Source: Octopus sinensis (lineage: Eukaryota). From it: a stretch of DNA of 64,000 bases. The notes under the pieces were generated by a model that ran no database searches, was not told the DNA's origin, and saw only the letters and a list, made by a program, of their open reading frames with translations. Of the stretch, positions 38,285 through 50,867 are shown in pieces (position 1 is the stretch's first letter; each line of letters begins with the position of its first letter). Where the stretch lies: contig NC_042997.1 in assembly GCF_006345805.1 (NCBI RefSeq), positions 184,450,001 through 184,514,000 on the forward strand. Direction: 5' to 3'. The position numbers and the translations under genes were made by a program.

Positions 38285-39259
38285 TATATATATATGTATG
38301 TATGTATTTAAAAATACATCTACTCTATGTACATTATCTACATATATTCATATAAGCACATGTGTATTTATCTATTGTTATTAATGATATTATATTAGTG
38401 TTATTAGATGCTGAATTTCCTTTAACCATAATTAAGTTTCACTTTATCGGCTATCCAAAAGATTGAAGCAAGAAAAGTATCCACTTCGAAATGTCATTCG
38501 TCATAGAGACTTTGCTACTGAAAAAAACATTCAAAAAGGTGTCACACAGTCACCTAATCAATAGTAATATGCGCAACACATTTACTCGCAACTGCACTTG
38601 ATATTTTCGGCAGCCAATGAAAGTATGGTAACGAATAATATCTCAATGTGTATGCCAAAAAATTTGTTTGTATATACTGTTTCACTGCTTCTTACCTCAA
38701 TTGTCTGAATATGACAGAATATGAAACCTGGAGTTAGGATTCAAAGGGGTTCAGATTCTCATGGAGTATTGACACTCTAGTTTGTATATTGAGTACATGA
38801 TTCATTGTCTGTAGCTATAAATGTTCACCGATCCAGACTATAAACTGCTGGATATTAACAAACTGAAATATGGACTAGCAGTTTGTGAAGATTAAAATTC
38901 TAAAATTTAACTCACTATTTATAGCATCGAGTAATCTTACACTCTTATGTAGACTTACTTTTATACATTTATCATATACATTTACCATATCCTGTTCAAA
39001 GGCACTATTGCAGGAAATATGGCTAAGTCCTCAAAGTCATTGCTGAAGATGCAAATCAAAAGTGATCAGAGACAACAGAAACGTACATGCGACATCCAGG
39101 ATGACAGTTGTTAAAGAGGAATATCGGCAACGGAGAAAGATTCAAGAGCTGCTCTGATAATTTGTTTTCTTCAGCATATGACTGAGTGATGAAATATAAC
39201 CTTGAGTTGAAATTTCCAAAACATCATCCGGTTTTCATTGTGAGGAAATAATTTTTTTT

Positions 39260-40080
39260 CTTTTTGAGGCTGCAAGGCAACCTATTTTATAAGAGTTAAT
39301 CATGGTCTGGGCTGCTTCACATGTCAGGCCGGTGATCCGGAGCTCGTCCAAAATGCTCCGCTTCCATGTCTGCTTCGAGCGTCCTCGCTTCCTTTTCCCC
39401 TGTGGGTTCCAGTCAAGTGCTTGTCGTGTCGTGTCACATTTCAGGGTTCCTTCCGCAGTGTGTGTCCGATCCCTTTCCATTTCCCCTGTCTAATCTGAAC
39501 ATGTATGGGATCCTGGTAGGCCCTTTCCCACAGGTCGGTGTTTGGCACTCTGTAGAACCACTTCAGATGGAGGATCTGCCGGAGACATTTGTTGATGAAT
39601 GTTTGGATCTTCTTGTAGTTGCTGCAGGTGGCGCTCCATGTTTCAGAGCCATACAAAAGCACAGATTTTACGTTTGAACTAAATAAGCGGAGTTTAATTC
39701 GAGTTGAGATGGCCAAGAAACACGCCAATGACCGCAAAAAGTGGAAAACAACTGTTGAGGCCCTATGCTCCACAAGGGGCAAAAATGATTAAGAAGAAGA
39801 AGAAGAATGCTCTGGGAGTGAGAAAATATGAAGAAATGGTGGAGAACTGTTCCAGAAACGAGTAAAGAACTCGGTGCATAAAAACAGAGATGCGCCCGCG
39901 AGGGTTCGCAGGTTGTTCACTTGGTAAGGTCTATGGAATTCTGGGCTTTATAGGAGTCACCAAAAGTCGAGACATAAAGAAAAGAGTAAAATATTACAGT
40001 GTGGATGTTGCAGAAAAGGTCTCTTGATGTCGCTGGTTAAAAAGAGGAGACTGACATGATTTGTAGAAAGCCATGACCGA
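39260..40080 (+). mobile_element. HERO-like RLE non-LTR relic, split by the RTE insertion
   Basis: ELIMVW[E] before the RTE. After it: KYEEMVENCSRNE*RTRCIKTEMRPRGFAGCSLGKVYGILG...VAEKVS*CRWLKRG. This resembles HERO ELTVPWE...KY.ELV...GCRGF...WLKR. Confidence 0.55.
39310..39806. mobile_element. RTE LINE 3' end with inverted 5' segment
   Basis: Minus strand 39713-39310 reads AISTRIKLRLF...VLLYGSETW...GHTLRK...WNPQGKRKRGR...GLTCEAA. Plus strand 39712-39806 continues AKKHANDRKKWKTTVEALCSTRGKND* with an (AAG)n tail. Confidence 0.88.
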
Positions 40081-40208
40081 AGGTCGACCGTCCTCAGTCG
40101 GGTTGTCTCATTGAAGGCACATGTTGCAAATCGCAACACAACATCAATGATAAAATTATCCTAGTATGCTACGATTGCATTCATAGATCTATGAACAATA
40201 TATATGTA

Positions 40209-40244
<36 letters not shown>

Positions 40245-40266
40245 GCACATATATATATAGACATAC

Positions 40267-40299
<33 letters not shown>

Positions 40300-40431
40300 T
40301 GTATGTATGTATGTATGTATGTATGTATGTATGTATGTATGTGTGTGTGTGTTTGTATGTATGCGTGGCGGTGTGTGTACAAAATATCTGTGTATGTCTC
40401 TCTCTCTCTCTCGCTATATATATAAATATTC

Positions 40432-40469
<38 letters not shown>

Positions 40470-40583
40470 TATTATATATATATATATATATCTATATATA
40501 TAGGTTCTATTACAAATACACGTGCACACAATTATATATGAAGTGGTAGAGTCAGATGTTTGTGAGGAAGAGAGACACTGAAA

Positions 40584-40620
<37 letters not shown>

Positions 40621-41130
40621 GAAGAGGGGAACGTTCAGGAACAGTGATAAAGTAAAGAGTGATGTATGAATTAGGAAATACATAAAACATACGAGTGTCA
40701 ATAGAAGGCAAACAAACCAAAACAAGAAAAATATATACAAAAAAAAATACATTTAAAATTGATAACGAAAAAAAGAAATAAATAAAAACATACACATGAA
40801 CGAAAGCGTAGAAATGAAGGTATATAACAGAGAAAAAGAAGCAGATGAAAGCAGCTGACACAAGTATTTCATCTGCTCGGAATCCGTGATTTCATTGTTT
40901 ATTCGGTTGTCTGACTAAAGGTCACAATCAGTTTGCCGGTTGTTGTGTGTGATGTTGAATCCGAGCCAAAACTCGTCTAGTAAAATAGCAATACCGATTC
41001 TGGTGAAACTTTTTTTATGGTAGAGTTGGCGCTGCGCTACGGAATGGTATGAAATTATTATCAAAGTCCGGGAAGAAAAAAAAACCAAACAAACGTTAGG
41101 TGGTTATTGGTAGGAATGAACTTACTTATT

Positions 41131-41165
<35 letters not shown>

Positions 41166-41178
41166 TATATATGAAGGA

Positions 41179-41227
41179 GCTTCTACAGGACTAGAACTGT
41201 TTCATTCAAGAGAAATCTTCAGGAAGC
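41179..41227 (-). ncRNA. Type I hammerhead ribozyme motif
   Basis: GCUUC-CUGAAGA-UUUC-UCUU-GAAU-GAAA-CAG-UUCUAGUC-CUG-UA/GAAGC. Stem I has 5 bp, stem III 4 bp, stem II 3 bp plus a U.U pair. The core is canonical with a GUA cleavage triplet. Confidence 0.75.
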
Positions 41228-41530
41228 AGGAAGTTCTAGTCCTGTAGAAGCTCCTTCTATATAATAAATTAATTTTACTCTGCTATGTATTGAGTACCTT
41301 ATTTACTGTGGTTAACCCCGAATCAACCGGGACTTACATATATATATTATATATATATATAATAGATATATACATACACACACACACACACACCATATAT
41401 AGATACATACATATATATATATACATATACATATATACATATATGTGTGTATGTGGTGTGTATATATATGTATATCTGTAGATATATATGTTCACCATAT
41501 ATTATGTTTATATATATATTTATGATTGTA

Positions 41531-41570
<40 letters not shown>

Positions 41571-42113
41571 AGGATAAGTATAGCTATACACATACACGTT
41601 TATATATTTTATCTATCTATTTATCTATCTGTATATCTATCTATCTATCTATACAATCCATCCACGTATGTATTAAAGAATAAATAAAAAATGTTCTATG
41701 AAAGGGAAATACCTTGTCAACCTCCAGTGTTGGGTGCTCATACTTTCTGTTAGCAAAGTGTGAGTTTGTGTACGCGCACATGTATGTACACTCACACACA
41801 CACATGTATTTATATATATATATATGTGTATATATACGTATATATATATATATATGTATGTATGTATGTACGTATATATATATATATATGTATATATAAC
41901 TCCAAGAAAGTTAGGGCTTGTGAATCCAACTCACTAAGGGATAATATCTATCCAATATACTCCTGGTAGAATACCCAATTATTATGCTATATGTATGTTT
42001 GTTATTATAATTATCAGTTTAATAAATAAATAAGTTAAGATAATTTAATGTCCAAAAGTTGATGAACCACCTATTGTTCTCCTCCATTTTCTTATTTACT
42101 ATATATATATATA

Positions 42114-42299
42114 TATATTGTTATATTTCGGAATGGTCATATTGCCAGTTTAGCCAATAAAAACACACGCACTATATTTGGTGTTATTTTGCTTCAGTGA
42201 TATTTATTTTTTACATTAATCTTAATCTTATTTCGGCCAAAGTTCTTTCGTCACACTCCTGTGACCGCATCAGTGGTCCTTTGTTTTCTTCTCACTTAC
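42114..42299 (-). mobile_element. Family P hammerhead-bearing mini-element
   Basis: Differs from 52547-52732 by only a handful of changes and shares both ends. Hammerhead-like motif at 42237-42276. Confidence 0.8.
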
Positions 42300-42317
42300 T
42301 TGTGTCTCTCCTTACTA

Positions 42318-42425
42318 ACCGATATTAACTGGAGACGCCATATTTTCGTGTGTGTATATATTATAAACACAGGCGCGCTTTTAGCCACACACAATCACAT
42401 ACACACACACACATGTAAGGATACA

Positions 42426-42498
<73 letters not shown>

Positions 42499-43159
42499 GT
42501 GCATAATATCAATCAATGAATCTATACTTTCATATGCCCACACAAAGATATGAGGTCATTAGCTACATTCATTAGTCAAGATCGCAAGACCGAAACATAC
42601 CGTAGTTTGGAAAGAGACAATATCTTTATACACACAAACACACGCATACACGCACACATACACTAACACACACACACACACACACACATACGGTCATAGA
42701 CAAACGCACGCACACACACACACGCACTCACAGGTGCACACGCAAACACACGCTCACACGCATATGCGTATATAATGGAAAAAAAGCAAAGTTAAATTGG
42801 TGAAAAGAAACCAGAAAAGCTATATACGTATACATAGCATAACAAGAAAAAAGAGAAAAAAACCCCCAGAAAATAGAAAAATAGGGGGTAGCAATAACAT
42901 TATTATATTTAAACGGAAAGATGTTTGGACAAATTGATTAGTGACTTTTCGCTGAATTAGCTGTCAGTTTGCTACGTACTCCTGTGTAAATAATTTTTCA
43001 GTGGGTTAGAAGGGTCAAGCAGAAGTAATCGTCTTGATATGAGATGTGTCTTTTACCGATATTACCTGGAGACGCCATATTTTCGTGTGTGTATATATTA
43101 TAAACACAGGCGCGCTTTTAGCCACACACATCACATACACAACCACAAGTAAGGATAAA

Positions 43160-43165
<6 letters not shown>
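42318..43165 (+). repeat. Local direct duplication of about 110 bp (42318-42430 and 43055-43165)
   Basis: accgatatta.ctggagacgccatattttcgtg...gtaaggata is repeated 737 bp apart. Each copy runs into (TATC)n. Confidence 0.9.
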
Positions 43166-43246
<81 letters not shown>

Positions 43247-43273
43247 GTCTTTCTTTCTTTCTATCTATCTATC

Positions 43274-43304
<31 letters not shown>

Positions 43305-43351
43305 TTATCCATCTATCTATCTCTCTATCTATCTATCTTTCTTTATTTCTT

Positions 43352-43422
<71 letters not shown>

Positions 43423-43423
43423 A

Positions 43424-43459
<36 letters not shown>

Positions 43460-43544
43460 CCTTCCTGTCTGCCTGTCTGTCTGTCTATGTTTGTATCTAT
43501 CTATCGATGTATCTGTCTATCTGTCTATACACAGACACACATAC

Positions 43545-43800
43545 TCATGCCTGTGTAGTTGAGAAATTCGCTTTGCAACCGTGTAGTTTCAAGTTCAGTT
43601 CCACTGCGCATCGTCTTGTGCAAGTGTCATCCATTTCTGACGGGGTCCGACAATGTCTTGTGAGTGAATTTGGTAGAGGTTGTGTGGAAGCTCGTTCTCT
43701 TTATGTGTGTGTGTGTGTGTGTGGTGTGTTTGTGTGATTGTCGTGCAGTGTGCGTGTGTGTGGGTGTGCACGCCTGCATGTGTGTTTCTCACCGTCCAAC
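43545..43800 (+). mobile_element. Old SINE A-related copy
   Basis: Degenerate agttcagttccactgcg...cttgtgagtgaatttggtaga. Confidence 0.55.
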
Positions 43801-44354
43801 GATCACTTTTGGTTCCTTTATATCTCTGTTACTTGGCGTTTCATCAAGAAGTATTGATGGAAAAGTTACCTGACTCAATTATCAGAATATTATCACCTTC
43901 AAAACCCTTCAAGACTGCCATGGCATAGACACAGTCGAATGCTTAAAGTAAGTATGTAAAACAAAAGAAGAATAAAAGAATGCGTAGGCATATACACCAA
44001 TACACAATACATTTACGTACGAACCTGTCTACTTCTATAAATATGTATGTATATCAGTGAAGTATCACAAATTGAAGAGGGAAACGAAATAACGAGTTAA
44101 CGAACAACGTGAAAAGTTACAGAAATTCGAAAAGTTATGGATAAATGTAAACACACAAAAAATAGCAATAAATGTTGTGCACGTGTTGTACACCGGAAAA
44201 AAATGGAAAGGAAAATATGTATACAGATGTTTCAGATGAAAATTTTATTAAACTAGAGTAAAAAGCGAGTTAAAAAAATTAGGAAAAAAGCGATACCTAC
44301 TCTGAAGCACGTGGGCATTTTTCTGTCACATGAACAGGCACACGCATACATTCA

Positions 44355-44490
44355 TTCATTCAAAAACAGCTTGACCTCCTGCTGCCCAAGGTCGTAGATG
44401 AACCTACGGCAAGAAACTCGGCAATCATGGTAAGAAACTCGAAAGAGGGCAGCTATGTCGAACTCCTTCCTTCATCAAAAGCATATCTCA
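44355..44490 (+). mobile_element. CR1-like ORF2 extreme C-terminus relic
   Basis: KQLDLLLPKVVDEPT.../KRAAMSNSFLHQ resembles the FK..LD.FL..VPDEP....NSL end of CR1-like ORF2. Confidence 0.45.
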
Positions 44491-45905
44491 TAAAAATAGC
44501 CATTTAAAAGGTGATAATACTGATGGTGAAACGCATAAAAGAACACATGCATACAGAAAAACATACGTACATACATACATACATACATACATACATACGT
44601 ACATACATACATACATACATACATACATACATACGTACGTACGTACGTACGTACATACCATACATACATACATACATACATACATACATACATACGTACA
44701 TACATACATACATACATACATACATACATACATACATACATACATACATACATAAAAACATACAAAGATGCACACATACTTCTGATCGTGTAAGACCTCT
44801 TCCTAAGCTCAATAAGTCCGTTCTGAGAGTCCAAGAAGTTCCTGTACGTAAATTTGTTTTTTAGTGGATAAAGTTACACAGCATTGAACCCACTTTTCAA
44901 GGCATCAGTGGGAAAACAAGGATTTAGATGACCAAAAACTGACTGCAAATCATGTTTTCTTTCTTTCTTTGCATTTTTGGAGAAAGTTCTAAGAGAACTG
45001 GAGGGGGTGGGCATTCGCACATACATACATACATGCATACATACATACATGCATACATACATACATACATACATACATACATACATACTACATACATGCA
45101 TACATACATACATATATACATACATAATCTTGCTCTCGTCAACGCCATTCGACGCAAAATGATTCGAAATATTTTTTGTGACCCTTAATATGCTTTATCT
45201 GACTGTTTGCAACCTTGTTCTCTTCCAAGGCTCCCCTAAATACAAATTATGTACTTGAAACTAGCGAAGAAAGATGCTCAAGTTTCATGATTTCCTCTCT
45301 CTCTCTCTCTCTCTCTCTCCTTTCTCTCTTTCTCTCTCTCTTTTTCTCTTTCTCCCTCTCTCTCTCTTTTTCTCTCTTCCTCTCTATCATTCTTCTGAGA
45401 TGCACTTGCTTCAATTGAAGTGTAGATCTTATGAAGCTCTACGTCTTCACTTATAGCTAATATTTGTAAATCTCCTTTTGTCTTCTGGACATAACATATG
45501 ATTGGATTTATCTTTCTTCAATTCTAGGCTTGCACTATTTGATTTAAACCCATAAATCTCCCATATAATTCCCATTAAAGGTATTTGTCATTGTTCATGT
45601 ACTGATGACCTAATCTTTGCGGTATTATTTTCCAAGGGTCAGTTTTGTTATCGATGAAAGACTCAGTCATTAAGTACCATCGACACATTACACATTCAAG
45701 TCATCCATAGGTTCAACTATTCATCTAGCCATCATACCTTTTTTTAAAACATTTAACCATACATCTATAACAAATCACTTAAACATAAATTCATCCATTT
45801 AAGTAACCCTTCCGTCCGCAATCTATCCATAAATCAATGCATCCCACAATCCATGTATTTATTCATATAGCCATGCATTCATTCGTCCTCCTACCTATCT
45901 ACCTA

Positions 45906-46234
45906 GTGGAGGCACATGGCCTAGTGGTTAGAGCAGCGGACTCGCGGTCAAGGGATCGCGGGTTCGAATCTCAGACCGGGCGATGTGTGTGCTTATGAGC
46001 GAAACACCTAAGCTCCACGCAGCACCGACAGAGGTAATGGCGAACTTCTGCTGACTCTTTCGCCAAACTTTCTCTCACTCTTTCCTACTGCATCTTGCAG
46101 CTCACCTGCGACGGACCGGCGTCCCGTCCAGGTTGGGGAACCTATACGCCAAGGAAACCGGGAAACCGGCCCTTATGAGCCAGGCGTGGCTCGAGAAGGA
46201 ACAAATAACTGTTACTCCTAAAGGAAGGAAGGAA
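45906..46234 (+). mobile_element. SINE family B variant with 13-bp TSD
   Basis: A box tggcctagtgg, B box ggttcgaatc, ggaa tail. TSD acctatctaccta at 45893-45905 and 46235-46247. Confidence 0.9.
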
Positions 46235-46581
46235 ACCTATCTACCTAACAATTTCTGCATAAAGAGATCGAAGGTTTGAAATATTCATTGGTCTATTTAC
46301 ACATCCATCTATACAGCTATTCATACATCCAATAACTCCCTCAACCGTGTATCTATTTAAGTCTCTTTCCAACCGTCCCACGAGTGAGTTTAGATTCGGT
46401 TCTTTGGCAAACTAGTAATAATCGCTAAATTTAATTTAAATTACACCCTAGCATTTTTAAAACGGAAGTGCACAAGTACAAATTAAAGAGGGGATCTTGA
46501 ACGATCATAGGTATGCTAGAGCGAGATAGGATGTTGCTAATCTAAAATAACAACAATCAGTTACTATAATCCATTTTTATA

Positions 46582-46681
46582 NNNNNNNNNNNNNNNNNNN
46601 NNNNNNNNNNNNNNNNNNNNNNNNNNNNNNNNNNNNNNNNNNNNNNNNNNNNNNNNNNNNNNNNNNNNNNNNNNNNNNNNN
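46582..46681. other. Assembly gap (100 N)
   Basis: Run of N. Confidence 0.99.
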
Positions 46682-46971
46682 CTAATCTTTGCGGTATTAT
46701 TTTCCAAGGGTCAGTTTTGTATCGATGAAAGACTCAGTCATTAAGTACCATCGACACATTACACATTCAAGTCATCATAGGTCAACTATTCATCTAGCCA
46801 TCATACCTTTTTTTAAACATTTAACCATACATCTATAACAAATCCTTAAACAATAAATTCATCCATTTGTAACCCTTCCGTCCGCAATCTATCCATAAAT
46901 CAATGCATCCCACAATCCATGTATTTATTCATATAGCCATGCATTCATTCGTCCTCCTACCTATCTACCTA

Positions 46972-47299
46972 GTGGAGGCACATGGCCTAGTGGTTAGAGC
47001 AGCGGACTCGCGGTCAAGGGATCGCGGGTTCGAATCTCAGACCGGGCGATGTGTGTGCTTATGAGCGAAACACCTAAGCTCCACGCAGCACCGACAGAAG
47101 GTAATGGCGAACTTCTGCTGACTCTTTCGCCACAACTTTCTCTCACTCTTTCCTCCTGCATCTTGCAGCTCACCTGCGACGGACCGGCGTCCCGTCCCGG
47201 TGGGGAACCTATACGCCAAGGAACCGGGAAACCGGCCCTTATTAGCCGGCGTGGCTCGAGAAGGAACAAATAACTGTTACTCCTAAAGGAAGTAAGGAA
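46972..47299 (+). mobile_element. Second copy of the 45906 SINE B, inside the gap-flanking duplication (likely artefact)
   Basis: Same flanks and TSD as the 45906 copy. Confidence 0.8.
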
Positions 47300-47956
47300 A
47301 CCTATCTACCTAACAATTTCTGCATAAAAGATCGAAGGTTTGAAATATTCATTGGTCTTTTACACATCCATCTATACAGCTATCATACATCCAATAACTC
47401 CTCAACCGTGTATCTATTTAAGTCTCTTTCCAACCGTCCACGAGTGAGTTTAGATTCGTTCTTCTTTGGCAAACTAGTAATAATCGCTAAATTTTAAATT
47501 ACACCCTAGCATTTTTAAAACGGAAGTGCACAAGTACAATTAAAGAGGGGATCTTGAACGATCATAGGTATGCTAGAGCGAGACTAGGATGTTGCTAATC
47601 TAAAATAACAACAATCAGTTACCTATAATCCATTTTTACTAATCTCCCAAACATCTATTCACTCCCTCCCCATCCATGTGTATGTGTATACACGCATACA
47701 CATAATACATATATGCAGACATGCACACACACACATAAACTCACACAAATATATATTTTACACATGTATAATCTATTTATCTCCACCTATCTAACGATCA
47801 ATCTGTCATCATTTATGTCCCTTTATATGTATATGCGTCTGTGTATATGTATACGTATATATAGAGGCGCACACACATATGTATGAATATAGATATATAT
47901 GCACACACAGACACACACAAATAAACAAACATACACACATATATGTATATACATGA

Positions 47957-47987
<31 letters not shown>

Positions 47988-47990
<3 letters not shown>

Positions 47991-50706
47991 TTTGATACTT
48001 TGATACTTTGATAGGTTTCGGCCATTATTGGCCCAGGCCATGTCTAACTTAATAGCACCACCTGGTGAAGTCTTTCAAGTCAGAATTTGGGCACTATGGC
48101 CCACTCAAGTAGAGAGTTATTGTTTACAGAGACATATCCGGTGTAGGGGGTTTATCCGGGATTTCTTGAAGGAATCTGTCCCAAGACTTCTTGAACCTAT
48201 AGGTCAGTTTCTGTTTTAATGTGTTTTGGTGTAATGTTAAGAGAGCGGGGCCAATTGAGGTGAAATAATTGTGCCGTATTGTTGTTATGAGATGAGAGTG
48301 CGATTTTTGTTTTGGGCGGATGGCACGGGGCCCAAGCCTTGGATGTACCTTAAAGGTGATGCCAACATCATTTGGGCAATGCTGATGGAATATTTTCCAC
48401 ATCATGCAGATGATGTAGCGCTCACGACGACGTTGGAGAAATATAGTTTTAGCTTTTCTAGTCGACCCCAATAGTCGAGGCCTGTCATGCCATCTATCTT
48501 TTTTGGTGATTGCCCTTTGAGGTGCTTCGAACTTTTTGGTACCTTGTATTGTGTGGGGAGACCACAGTGGACAACAGTCCAAGGTGGGGTCGGGCAAAAG
48601 TGGAGAAGAAAGACGATAATGGTGTGGATATCTCTCGACTGGAAAGTTCTGAGAATCCAGGAACACATTCTGCGGGCCATGTCAACTTTGGTGTTTATAT
48701 GAGTGGCCCAGCTTACGTTGTTGTCCACAATTACTCCCAAGTCTCTGATGTTGTTGGACGCCGCGAGAGTTTCACCTGAAGGAAGGGAGTATGGGAGTTT
48801 CAGGGCATCCTCTTTTCCAAAGTGGATTAGCTCAAATTTATCCTCGTTCAGCAGCATATTGTTTTTTTCTGCCCATTGGATAACAGCCAGTAGATCTGAC
48901 TGAAGGCATGTCGGTCACTCGCCTCATTTATGACCTTCTGTAGCTTGGAGTCATCTGCAAAGATTTTTATGTTGCTGTGCTTGATGATGTCATTAATGTC
49001 ATTAATGTAAATGATGAAAAGAAGTGGGCCCAGCACAGTGCCTTGCGGAACGCCACTACTGACTTTGGCTGGGCTTGATTTTACCCCCTTCACTACAACA
49101 TGTTGAGATCTGTCTGTCAGGAAACACTTAATCCATTTCAGTAACTTTCCAGAGACACCAATGTTGATAGTTTTTTCAATAGGATCTTGTGATCGACCCT
49201 GTCGAAGGCCTTACTGAAATCAAGGTAGATGACATCGGTTTGGAGCCCTCTCCCCAAGCTCTCAAAATGTCCTCAAAGTGATGCAGGAGCTGCGTTAGGC
49301 AGTCCCTTCCATTACGGAACCCATGTTGGTTGGAGATCAGCCGTCTGTTGCTTTCCAGAAATTGGGTTATTTGAGATCTCACCACCCTCTCAAATACCTT
49401 GATGATATGAGAGTGAGTGAGATCGGACGGTAATTCACTGCAAGGGACTTGTTTCCCTTTTTGAAAACTGGACAACAGACTGGGACAGAAGGTTTTTTGG
49501 AATATAGCCAGATCCAGTGAGTTTCTCCACAGATTAGCAAGGGGAGATGCAAGTTGGTGTCGACACACCTTCAGGACACAAGCAGGGAACCTATCGGGGC
49601 CTACTGCTGAATTGTGTTTTATTTCGTTTATCGCCGCTAAGACATCAGGGGCACTAAACGTTATGTCCGATATAGTGTGTTGGGGGTTGACATCACTGAT
49701 ACAGCCCAGATCGGCCATATCAGGATTGCTGAAAACAGAGCAGTATTTGTTTCTGCAGTATCTCGGCCATGGATTTGGCATTATCTTGGAGAGTGCCAGT
49801 TTCGTCAATTAGAGGGCCTACAGTGGAGACAGTGACCCTGCGTTTCCTCCTCGCAAATGAAAAGAACACTTTGGGGTTTGAGTTTGATTTTTTCAATGGC
49901 CCACTTCTCCTCAGCTGATCTTTGGTTATTGATGAGGGACTTCATGCATTGTTGGAGGTTATATTTTTTGGATTCAAGCAGTGCGATAGCCGTCGAATGT
50001 GTGTGTTGCTGTTGGCAGTACTTTAGTTTGTTAATTTTTTTTGTTTGTTCTTTTTATTTTTCTGATAATGGTTTTTCTGTTTTTGGGGGATTCTGCACTT
50101 TTTGTTCACAGGTCTTGGTGGGGAGTGTTTTGCACATATGTCTGTGACGGTGTCTACAAAGATCTGCCAAGATGTTTTATGGTTGGTGGAGATGTGTGTA
50201 TGTGTAAAGGACCAGTCAACATTTGATAGCTCGTTCCTGATTGCATCCCAGTTGGCTTTATGGAGATCCATGTTGTCAAATGGGTGGGCTGGAGGAAGGT
50301 CACTAGGATTAGCTTTCGGCTGGTGGAATTTCATGTTACAGAGAACCATGTCATGGTCTGAAAGAAGGGTTTTTCCACTGTAACGTTATGTATAGTGTTA
50401 GTGTGGTTACTAAACACTAGGTCCAAAATGTTCTGATGTCTTGTTGGTGCAAGGACAATTGGGACAAGAAAAACTCATTCGTAAAGTCGAAAGTGACTCT
50501 GGCTGCTTCTTTGTCAGCGGTTGAGGCGGGAGTGCTTGGTTTCAAACAGTTTGTAGTCCAGTCAACACAGGGTAGATTGAAGTCTCCCATCATGAGTATG
50601 TTGCTAGAATGGCACTGTTGAATAAAGCACTTAATGCTGTTGAGGCATTCTTTAAGCACAGTAGGGTGGTGTTTGGGGCGGCCTATAGAGCCCAATTACT
50701 GTCAGA
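47988..50706 (-). mobile_element. CR1-like LINE, 5'-truncated inside the APE domain (APE + RT + 3' tail)
   Basis: APE: MMGDFNLPCVDW, NILDLVF, SDHDMV. RT: NQHGFRNGRDCLTQLL, YLDFSKAFDRVD, SGVPQGTVLGPLLFIIYIND, FADDSK, WILRTF. Three copies of the 8-bp tail tatcaaag. Multiple frameshifts. Confidence 0.92.
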
Positions 50707-50812
50707 TCATTGGATATATTTATCTACTTTTGTATGTACGTATCTGTTTACTTCTGTAAATATAAACATGCTTACATAATACATGCAGGCAACATTCATA
50801 CACAGACACACA

Positions 50813-50867
<55 letters not shown>

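Noticed and set aside
38696-38704. 9-nt minus-strand microexon ACAATTGAG with GAG/GTAAGA donor
   Set aside because: Stop codon in phase 1, only a moderate acceptor, and within chance expectation.
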